From: Octopus vulgaris
Taxonomy: Eukaryota
Reading direction: 5' to 3'
Length of the DNA stretch: 64,000 nucleotides
Assembly (NCBI GenBank): GCA_951406725.2
Contig: OX597819.1
Coordinates: 104,966,001-105,030,000 of the forward strand
The translations under genes and the position numbers were made by a program. The notes under the pieces are model-generated. The model ran no database searches. It saw only the letters and a program-made list of their open reading frames with translations, and was not told the DNA's origin. Of this stretch, positions 29,832-41,968 are shown piece after piece (the first letter of the stretch is position 1; every line of letters starts with the position of its first letter).

Positions 29832-32432
29832 CAAATTTACATTTGCACACACAATGATGATGATTGCTGGTGTCTATGCAGGTGTGTTTTTTTTGTAGTT
29901 ATAAGAGGGCATGTACATACTTCCTTATTGGTACTCATTTTGTCAACTGAAGGATGAAAAGGTCAGATCAACTCTAGTAGTAAAGCCCTAAGCTAGATAT
30001 TTAACACTACTTGAGTGATCAATAATTTTAACCAACTTTTAATGTACTGATGATGTTAGTTATTGAAATGAAGTGGCCTTTCTGTAGTTAAACCAGCTGT
30101 CACATTGTGACAAACCTTACTAAATTCCCACAGCCTAGGACTCTTCACTTCTCTTAAGCAATTTTTTTATGGCTCCTAAGAGCTAGAGGTATAGACAATC
30201 TCTAGACTCATTAGGTAATATTTATTAAAAAAAAAAAGGCAATAGAAATCTAGTAAAATATGGCCATGAACCTTATTCATGTGTCAAAGAGACAAGTAAG
30301 AAAGAGTAAGGAGACTCAAAACAAAGGCTGATACTGTTAGAAATGGAGATGATAAAGAAGACTTATAAATGTTACATATTTATAGAATAGAGAAAATGTG
30401 ACTGTGACAAATTCATGCTATACTTAATGGAATTAGCAGCACCAATTAATAGATTTACTTCAAATAAGGACTGAAACTACATTGCTGGTGCAGGTGGTTT
30501 CTATGAGGCTGTCTTTTGTTCTCTGTAGTGGGATTGCTTCTTAAGTTAATAACATGCACCAAAGTAAACTCAATGGGATTTGAACTTGGAATCAAATTAA
30601 ACACTGTATTGAGTCCATTACTCTACTGTCCAAATTATCTTCACTAACAATATATTTATGAGAAATAACTTATTCGAAACAACATGCCATTTCCTCTCTT
30701 CTGTATAATGTTACATCTTCATGGCTGTGTAAATAAAGTAAGATTTTAAAAGAATGATATGAGGTACAAGACCAGCAAATTTGTGGGCAGCATGCACCAT
30801 TGACCCCAGTATTTGAATGGTACTCCATTTCATTGGCTCTCAGAAGGATAAAAGGCCAGACTTGAATTCAGAACATTAAGGGTCAAAAGTAATTCTGCAA
30901 AGCATTGTTTTCTGACACTAATGATTATGCCAATAAACACACTGATTCATTTTGAAGAGAGGGGATACAGTTGCTAGTATTTTATCTATCCAAGGATGAT
31001 GAAAAGGATGTATAAATAACTGAATGTAGAACTCTGGGGTATTAAACTAGATATTGTGAGCTAAAATATTCACTGAAATGATGATGATGATTTATTACAT
31101 CTACACAAGGAGGAGGAGGATGAGTATATGCAATCAATGAAGTTGAATTCAATATAAAACTTGTACTTTGCCAACCTTAGAGGAATGAAAGGCAAATTTG
31201 ACCCTATCAACATAAGAACTCCACATGTAGACAGTAGGAATGAAATATCATATTTAATGCACTGCTTCAATATTTTTGACACTTCATCACCATTATTATT
31301 ATTGATTAATGAAATTTTATTCCCAAAGTTATTTTAGTAAATTCTCTTATATTATCTTTTCCTATCTCATAGTTTAAATTTTTTTAAATGTGGCTTTTTA
31401 AATTTTATTAATTTTTAATTCCAAAACAAAAATATTGAAATGAAAATATAAAATTTTGCAACTTAAAAAGTTACTCTATGTCCAGACAAAATGTTTTAGT
31501 AAATGTTACAGAAAGAATATTTTGCAGTAAAAAAAAAATGTGAAAAAAATAAAAATCAGTGAATCAAAATTCAAAGATATACAACATATACAGGAGTAAA
31601 ATGTAAACTTATGTTAAGATAATACCCAACTGCTAAAACAAACTGATTTCTAACTTTTTATTACTTTTTATCAATATGTACACAAGCTGAAAATATCTAA
31701 GGGATCCAGCAAAGCATAACAAACGAAATCTTCGATGAATCTTGTACATAGTCACTGCTTGTGATGGAAAAGTCACAACTTCTGATAGATGGTAACCGAT
31801 TTCGTATCTAGTTTCAAATCTTCAACAGTTTATCAAGCAAAACAAGATATTATCCACTCCTTATTGATTCAAGACTGTTGTTGAGTTACTTTTAAAGGAA
31901 AATAAGCTGGTAGTTAAGGAATCAATATTCAGATATGATAGTAAAATTATATTCAAGTCAGATAAATAAAGTTGTAGCTATGTAGCCTGAGAGGAATCAA
32001 TAGATATGTTGCTAATCAATTATAAATAGCAAAATGGAAATGAAAGATTCAAGGAACACTGGGTGCAGTATGGCTCAATGATTAAGACATTCATAGGCAA
32101 CTGTAATTTTTATAACTTCAGATTAACCCATACTTAGTGACTGAAACTGGGTAGATGAAAACTGAAGAATCTTGCTGAGTGGATTGTACCTGTAATTTAA
32201 AAGGTACAGCCTAGCATACTATATCACAATGATTCTACTCTACAATGCTCAGTTATTTTCATTAATTCGGGAATGGATAATTTGGTCAGCAGAAAAACTG
32301 CATCCTCATTGAAAGACAGCAACACCCCGGCTCGAAATGTAAAAGACTTTTTCTATTCCTGAGCGTTATACTAATACATCTGTTTATTTTGTACACCATC
32401 TGTCTTCATCTTTTGTTTTTTTCATAAACTCT

Positions 32433-32486
<54 letters not shown>

Positions 32487-34351
32487 TAAGTCAAAATTAC
32501 AGGACAGCTGCTGAATATGATGTTTCAATATAGTGAGACTATCATCAGAGAACATGAATCTCATTCTTTTATCTTGAGAAAAACCCTTCGTCATCCTATT
32601 TGCAGTTTGAAAATGTTATATTCATCATTACACATTGATAGTTTCACCTCATCCTGATATATAACACTTATTTTGGAATTACAAATGGAAGGAGGTAATA
32701 TCTTTCCCAACAACACTAGTACAAGAAACTAAGCCTTCTCAATCAATAACAAAAACCAGAGAGTAAACTGTATTTCCAAAGAGTTTCTAACCAAATCAAT
32801 GCTCTTCTTATATGTATCTAGCAACATACACACAAAAATATACTTTCTCTGAAAGATTTGTGAATAAATTTTCGGAGAAACAGATTACTGAAATCATTGA
32901 TTAGTTTCAATTTGGCTACTCTGTATTTTTACCCCTCTAGAGACTCTGCAAGTGACATAAAACACAGAAGTTTAGACATTTGCATGTGTTCTTGAAGCAT
33001 GGAAATTGTACAACTTAACAATCTACATGCAGCTTAATGGACTGACCTAAAGAAAGTTATGGACCTTTTCCAAGGATATATCTGGAAAGATCACAAACCA
33101 TGGCCAAGTTACAAATTCAGAGATTTCCAAATGAAACTAAACTGATTTTTTTTTTTTTTTGATAAAACCTATTCTGATAGGGAACAGATGTGTACTTCAC
33201 AAGGGACAGGTTTATGTATTGCCACACCACCAATATTATATATATATTCCTCCTGTATTGAGAAACAAAAATGATTTTAAAATGATGAGTTGGTTCTGAG
33301 TGCTGTTAAAAGGGTGCTTTAATAATGATGTGGAGTAAGAATATTCACAAAAACTGTATAATTTCCTGGCACTATATATGAAACGATAGTTTCATAGCAA
33401 TACTTAATATTCATGCAGTTCATGGTAATGTTGAATTATATTATAAAACTATTTGGATTCCTGGCTATGTGTAATAATAAAATTTATAAGACTGCACAGT
33501 TTCATGGTAGTAATCAAATACAGCTCTATGGCAATATGCAATAATATTTGTGAACCTGAATAAGTTCAATGAAGCACTCTCTTAAGAAAAACTCAAATTT
33601 GATATCTTTCATAAAATAAACCTTAAAGTTGCTTCTTTTTTCTTTATCTTTCCTCGCTGTTGTCAACAAGGTTGTTATTATATAAAGAATAATAACAACA
33701 TTGGCAAAAATAAACAAACAAAAGAACAAAGAAAATAAAACAAGATAGAGGGGATAGTGAACTTAAATTTTACAACAATTACCAAATTAATGAATGGAAA
33801 AACCAAAAAAAAAAAATAATACTAAATAAATATACTGATGGCATTTTTCTCTCTCTCTATAAACTTCCAAAGATATGTAATTTATTATAAAACATTGAAC
33901 AATATCTTACAGGTAGAATTTCAAAAATATTTTATTGAAAAAAAAAAAAAGGAAAGAATATCCAGAACTGTTGAGTTAGCTGAAATTAAAACAATTCTAA
34001 AATATGCAAAAATTAATTTATACATCAAAAATTGACAGTCTACCCTTAGTTTCACTCATGACTATTCACAACTGTGAAGAAGAAAAAGAGACCTGCAAGA
34101 TTATAAAGGTTATATGAATGTAACACATGTTACAAAGAGTTGAGTGTTTAGCATAACTGTAAACTAAATTTCATGACAAGGCAAAACTCAGAATAGACTG
34201 TCAACTTTCAATATAATAAACATATCTATCCACTCTCCATATCAGATAATGTTTGTACTATGTAAAATATATTTCTATTTATATTTCAAAACTCTTACAC
34301 ACACACATTTTTTATATATATATACATATATATATACATATATATATATAC

Positions 34352-34396
<45 letters not shown>

Positions 34397-34629
34397 TGTA
34401 TGTATGAAGTAAAACTTCACATATGGAAAATGAAACTGTATAAAAAGATAATATTTGAGAGTTCAAAGATTGAGCTAGCACTACTCTAAAACCACATTTC
34501 AGCTGTTCAGCAACACATCACAACCAACAAAAATACAAGAAAAAAAAATCAAACCACATAGTGAATATATGTGTTAGCATGTGTATGCATGTTTAGGTAT
34601 GTGTATGAGTATATATATAGATATGCATG

Positions 34630-34674
<45 letters not shown>

Positions 34675-36661
34675 GCATATATACGTGTATATATATATAT
34701 TATATACATACACACACATATATACACACACACATGCATACCCACATACAATCATTTGCACAAAACAAAAACTTGTTCAAAGAAACACAAAAAAGGAGAT
34801 GGGAATCATTCCATATTGGTGGATTTTACCAGAGGATAAGGCACAATGGAGATACGATTTACAGAAAAATTACCCATAACAAACTAGGAATTACCATGGA
34901 AACGTATATACACATAGAAAGAAAGACAGAAAGAGAGAAAGAAAGAGAGAGAGAGAGATGTATGTCACTGACAACATCTGGAAGGTGCGTTTATTTGGGC
35001 AGTTTTGCAGGCGCTAATTATGATCAACGTCTAGGTTGGCAGTGATGAAAAAAAAAAGAAAGAACATATGTAGAGGGGGGGTTGTTGTTATTGTTGTTAT
35101 TGTTTTTAAGATGAGGCATGCTCAACAAGCAGGAGGAACGAAGAATTCATCCCTAGGCCAGAAATTCACTTACCGTAATAATCCCATGGTCCCCGAGCTT
35201 CAATGTCAGCAAAGTAAAATGATAGACAAAATCAAAAACAAATGCCACATAAGAAACTAAGTTGATAAGCTTTTGGTTTAATATTTTTGCTTTTATAGAT
35301 ATTTCCATATCTTTTTTTAATTCATCTCTAATGAATAAGAGTTTAATTTAATTAGATAAATATAAATCTTAAAAATTCTCCTACAACTAAACCCAGTCAA
35401 CTGTCTTCTTTAAATATATATGTTAAAATAAATAACAATAATAATTCCACCAGAGATGGGAGCATCCCATCAACAGCCATAATCTAGCTTTCATCATGAT
35501 TTCAGTACTTTTTAGTAATGTCACTCCCAACAGGGGTGCCTTGTATCCTGAGGCTGCCTGGAGAACATCCACAAAATTCATAAAATATGGCTTATGTGTG
35601 TGAGTGTGCGTGCATATGCTTGAAATGAGTTACTATATACGAGATAAGAACACTTAATACTGCTTTGGTAGAGTTTAATTTAACAACCAAAAGCTATGAT
35701 TCAAATACTTCAGACAGTTACAATTTATTTCATGGCATTACACTAGGGCATCATTATGCAGTATAATATAATTATATAAAACAAATTTTTATGATCCTAG
35801 ATATTTTAATCCTAGCTTTTAATCATTATAACTTCATACTACTATAAAAATTAGCTTTATTTTCTTAGCTTTTTATCATATTTTGCAGTATCTATCTATA
35901 CTTCTCGAGTTTTCCTTATGTACCTGCTTCAGCTATAGACACATGTGATTTCAGTCTATATCTGAAGAATGAGATTGATAAGAAAGATCAGGAAACAATA
36001 GATGAACAAACACAGGTGCTTCCAGAAGATCCAAAAATGTTACATCAAGATTTTTTATAATGTTTGAGTTGTTCATTTGTACTTATTTATTTTGGCCAGT
36101 CATGCAGCATGAAACAGAGATGCAGGCAAGAGCATATGTAAAGGAATTCATTTTTGTAGTTGAATACCTTCACAACCATTCCAAGTTTGTTAAGAATATA
36201 TAATTACTCATCAAATCGTTATATTCAAAGCAGTGTAATCTCCTGGTTATTTTCAATTATATACTAATTATTTTCCATTATTTTGTCTTTTTTTTTCTTG
36301 TAGACTTATATCAATTTGAATTTATCTTTTACTTTTGTGAATTTTCACATATTACATTTTTTAAATGAATGATATTTTTTATATTCTTTCATAAAACCAT
36401 TTTCATTTTGTTATAAAACTGATTAAAATTTTAAATTAAAGCATAAAGTTTAAAATTTCAAATAATAATAATAATGTTTTCTAATAATAAATCATAATTA
36501 GCCAATTAAAAACAAATAAAATCCAAGCCCACAAATTTAAATTTTCATTACTTATTTAAATACTTTGAATAAAAAAATTAAAGGAAAGCAAAATATAGAA
36601 TATACAATAAGCAAAATGATAAACAAAGCTATATGATTTGTACAATATGGACACACACACA

Positions 36662-36713
<52 letters not shown>

Positions 36714-38489
36714 AAGCACAAACACACAAATATATAAACATCTAGATTAGCATGAAAGGTGTGAAGATATGAACGACAAATGCAGATCAAATAGGAAACA
36801 ATAATCAAATAAGAAAAGTATAATTAAGATATTAATATCATTATGTCCAACCATAATGTCATTAATTTTTTGTTCTTGTTGGTATTGTTTTTTTACCTTT
36901 CCAATCAGCAACAAAACTAATACACCCAGACTCAAACCATTTTCATAAAAACATCTTAACTACAAAATGAAATATTATAATAATAATAATAATAATAATG
37001 AAGATGATGATGAATAACAGTAATGAATGATGATGATGATAATAATAATAGTAGTAATGGTTTCAAATTTTGCCACAAGGAAACTACTCTGGGGGAGGGT
37101 ATGAGTTGATTACATCGACCCCAGTGTTCAACTGGTACTTATTTTATCGACCCTGAAAGGATGAAAGGTTAAGTCAACCTCAGCAGAATTTGAACTCATA
37201 ACGTAGCAACAGGCAAAATACTGCTAAGCATTTCATAATAATAATAATAATAATAATGAACAATGAAGAATGATAGTTTTAAATTTTGACACAAAGCCAA
37301 CAATTTTGGGGGAGAGGCTTTAGTCAACAGCATCAACCCCAGTACTTTGCTGCTACCTTATTTTAATGACCTTAAAAGGACAAAAAGCAAATTTGATCTC
37401 AGTGGGATTTGAAATCAGAACATAAAGAGTCAGATTAAATGCAGCAAGGCACTTTACCCAAAACTCAAGTGATTCTGCCAATCTACTACTGTAAAATAAT
37501 AATGTATTAGTCATGTGTACTAAATATTAATCATTCAGCACTATCATTTTCATTTACTAACATCCCATATTTTCCTTATAACTCACCTTTTCATTTTCTC
37601 TACAAGGTGTATCAGAGTTCCTTCAAGGACCACTCATAACATAGTTTGTTTTTTTTAAATCATTATCATTTTTTGTTATTTTTAAATGCAGCACCAATAA
37701 TTTTGTCAAACATTAAGAATGGTCTGGTGTTCTCAGGATATGGCTGCAGGTATGGCTTTCTATTACTGGTAGATCAGTGATATAATGATGGTAATCACAA
37801 TAGCTTCTCTCATTGGCACAAGACCACATAACTATAGAAAAGGAGTATTGTCTTCAGATCAATTCCAGAGTTATAAACTGACAAAGTCCATGCAAGCAGA
37901 ACTTCAATTTGTTTCATATTTAAGCTTGAAAGTATGGGGTTATTTCATTGAAGAAGAAATGATAACCGGTAACTTTGTGACATTCATGCCTTTCACAAGC
38001 AATACAAGTGATAGCAAGAATTGAAACTAGGTCAATAGGTTCGTTCACTTCTTTATGATGGCAAGCAGAAATGTAAAGAAATTATTTTTAATATTTTCCC
38101 CATTATTACACAACAATAAATTGTTATTAGGTATTCCAAATCAATTTTTTTAAAAGGAGGACACAGTCTACTTGACAGCAGCTTTCTAGAATATTTCATC
38201 AAGAGCTGAAGAATGAAAGATACAGTTGTCTGATGGTTCTGAACTCAGAACAATAAAGCTTAAAATATCACAAAATGACCATTCCATTCTGCCTTACCAC
38301 AATTTCCATTAAATTCACAAACCTAATTAAAAACACTTAAGATTATAACTGTGAGAGAATCTAATAATGGTAGCTTTAACGAACTCATCTATTGAGTGCT
38401 AGTAATAAAATTATAAATTCAACAAGGAACTGATTTTTCTGAAATCAATTCCTCAGTTCATGTTATATCCACATCAGTGGGGAGTAGGG

Positions 38490-38527
<38 letters not shown>

Positions 38528-41500
38528 ATATATATAATGAAATTTGTTTTTTCCAGGACTTAAATTTTATCTGATGGTTTATTCAAAACAAATTTTATAA
38601 TAAATTTGACTTTACCTCCAACACAGTCCTTGTGTCAATAAATGTCTTTGTTATTCTTAAACTTGTTTCAACTTGCACCTTAAATTAACCTGCTAATTCA
38701 TACATGACATTAAAGATGATGTGTATACAGATGACTGCCCTCACAGTACCATGTTTATTACAACCAAATTAATTTACTGTATGACCATCTTTATGAAACA
38801 ACTTCCAGAAAAACAAAGAATGTTTGGATATCATTATTATAGCTATATTTAAGTGAGAAGAGGGCAAATAACACTGAATCTTATAAAATCTACAAGTTCA
38901 GTTGAATAAACAATATAACTAACCAGCAAAACAGTAGAAGCTATAAACAGAAATTGTTAGGAACATTGCAGAGAAGTTTCTTTTGCAAACAGAAATCTAT
39001 ATTCAATGTATAAATGTGGAGAGGATATAGCTGCTGAGATGACTGCTACAGGTGAGTGCTGCTGCTCAGTTAAGCAGCCCAAAGAGGATGTGCTAACCTT
39101 GAGGACAAAGGTTAGATAGCATATGCTGCAATATTTTAGCCATGTTATCAGAGTTCAGATCCTCTGTATCCACAGCCTTAAGGCCAGGTAGACGAAAATG
39201 ACTTGTAGGCAATGAAGATGAAGGGTTGACTGTATCAGAAACACCCTACCGAAAAGGATATAGCACAGGACAACAGTATATGGCAAAAAGTGATGATGGT
39301 GTCTAAAGTCCCTGATCCTTAGATATGAAGATGGGCATATTCATTCATATGTTGGCATACACAAAGACAAATCTGTGGATGTAAACTTGCTGAGGAGCCT
39401 ACTCCAGTGCTAGATGAGAAGGGAACCTTCAGATACAGAAGGAACAAGAACTAAATCATTTTTATCATTCAACAAAAGGCCATATTTGTGACAAGTAATG
39501 CTGACAATAAACTATTGTCTACTATACATAATAAATGTGTAACTTTCCAAATGCAAAATGATAGACTTGTTATATTAGAGAATGAACCAGTCCAAATATT
39601 GTGACAATATCAGGTTAAAAGTCAGTAAAATTATAATCATAGTTCAACAAAATACTTCCTTAACTCAAAGATAATGCTGTATAACTTGGGGAAACAGCAG
39701 TACTAGTGTCCAAAATATGACTATTATAAATATCTCTCAATAGATATATTTTGTAATGCAACACATGATTGAAGGCCTGCATCAAATAGTAATCCAAAGA
39801 TTTTCCTAGTAACTGACATTGTGCAAGCACAGTGAATAAGTGTGCTGTTTAGCCCTAGGTCGGCCCTGATTGAGGAGTTCTATGATCGAAGGCATTCCAG
39901 AACCATGTGTGTGTGTTTGTGTTCAAGTAATGTGCATTTAGAACCACATTATATAGCCTTCATCCTATAAGACAGTAATGAAATTTGAGAAATTTAGCAG
40001 CTATTTCTAACAGATCAAGTAACCCTACTGAGTATCCCACATTCTCTAGTAAAAGCTAAATATAGGAACAACTAAATACATTGTGATGGTGTTAAGTGGC
40101 AGATATTGAAATAAGAAAAATAAAAGGACTTTCATGATAGGGTAGGGAGAAATAAATCCTTTGTATAATATATTCATGTCCACTCTGTAGCAAACTAAAT
40201 TCAAAAGGTGAGAAAAGTCACAAGAAACAACTTCAGAATCTAACTAGTTTTAATTAACAGTTGAAGACTGGCAAAGTCAGACAAGATTCTAAACAGGATG
40301 TTGAGGATGCAAACCTCTATTTTTCAAAACTTTCAAACAATGGTAATAATTCTTTTTACAATAGGACCAATAATAATGATTATAATAAAACCAATAGTAG
40401 TAGTAATAATGATAGTTTTAAAAATTTTCTTTTTATTATGATATATAAAGAGTAATAATAATGGTTTTTGATTTCGGCACAAAGTCAGCAATTTTGAGGT
40501 AGGGTATTGCCTGATACAATTGACTTTAGTAGTAGACTGGTACTTAATTTTATTGATCCCAGAGGGATAAAAGCTGAGAATATATAAATCCAGACAATAG
40601 TCATCATCTTGCTACTATAGGCACAAACCTGAAATTTTACGGGGAAGGAGATAGTTGATTGCATCAACCCCAGTGCTCAACAGGTACTTATTTTTATCAA
40701 CCCCAAAAGGATTAAAGCAAAGTTGACCCCACAGAATTTGAACTTAGAACATAAAGATGGACAAAATGCATAGGGGCATTTTGGCCAATATGCTAATGAT
40801 TCTGCCAGCTAGCCATATTCATAATGATAATTATAATATTGGCATAAAGCCAGTGATTTCAAGATAGGGGTTGAGTTGATTACATTGGCCCCAGGGCTAA
40901 ACTAGTACTTATTTTATCGACCCCAAAAGGATGAAAGGTAAAGTTGACCTCGGCAGAATTTGAACTCAGAATATAAAGACAGATAAAGTGCTGCTAAGCA
41001 TTATGCCTAGCATCCTAACGATTCTGCCAGCTAATGATGACTAATAATGAGTTCTGAAAAAAATATTGGTTTCATATACTGAAACAAAATGATAATTATT
41101 ATTTCTAATTTTAGGTTGTTTTTTCCCCCCCTAATTTTGATTATTTTTAATTTAGGCACAAGGTTAGCAATTTTGAGGAGAGAAAATTAGTTGATTACAT
41201 TGATCTCAGTAGTTAATTGGTACTTTTTTTTATCAACCCAATATGATGAAAGCAAAACTGATCTTAGTGAGATTTGAATTCAAAAGGTAAAAGGCCATAA
41301 CCAAAATATTTGTCCAACACACTAACAATTCTGCCAATCTACTGCTCAAACAATAATAATTTCTAAAAGATATGAAGCTTCAGAGTTTCAGAGGTGACAA
41401 AATGCTAAGTTCAGACATTCAAGCCTTCTCCTAATGTGTTGGTAATGCTAAAGAATTACATCAGAGGGAGGACAACATGCCTCGGAATTAGTTCATCAAG

Positions 41501-41908
41501 AACTTAGCACCACAACAGATCTGTATTTTGTCTCTTTTCTTTCCTCACATGTCTGATAAACTTACAAGTGAGTATGACCTGGTAACATGTACCATGCTTT
41601 TGCTAACTGTTTTAAGTAACTATGTGATCACAGACACTCTCTTGACTCTCCTCTCCTATCCTTTAATCCAGTATGAACATCAAGGCTGTGACAGAGGGAA
41701 AAAGAAACAGACATGACTGGAGCAATACGAAATGCCTTGTTCAAAGACACAACATGCCATCCAGCCCAAGAATCAAATCTGCAACCTTACAACTATGAAC
41801 CCAATACCTAACCATTAAGCCATGTGCCTTTTCCTCTTTGTTACACCTTTTGGAAAGATTTATCTATCTATCTATCTATCTAAATATATATCAATGATGA
41901 TGATGATG

Positions 41909-41968
<60 letters not shown>

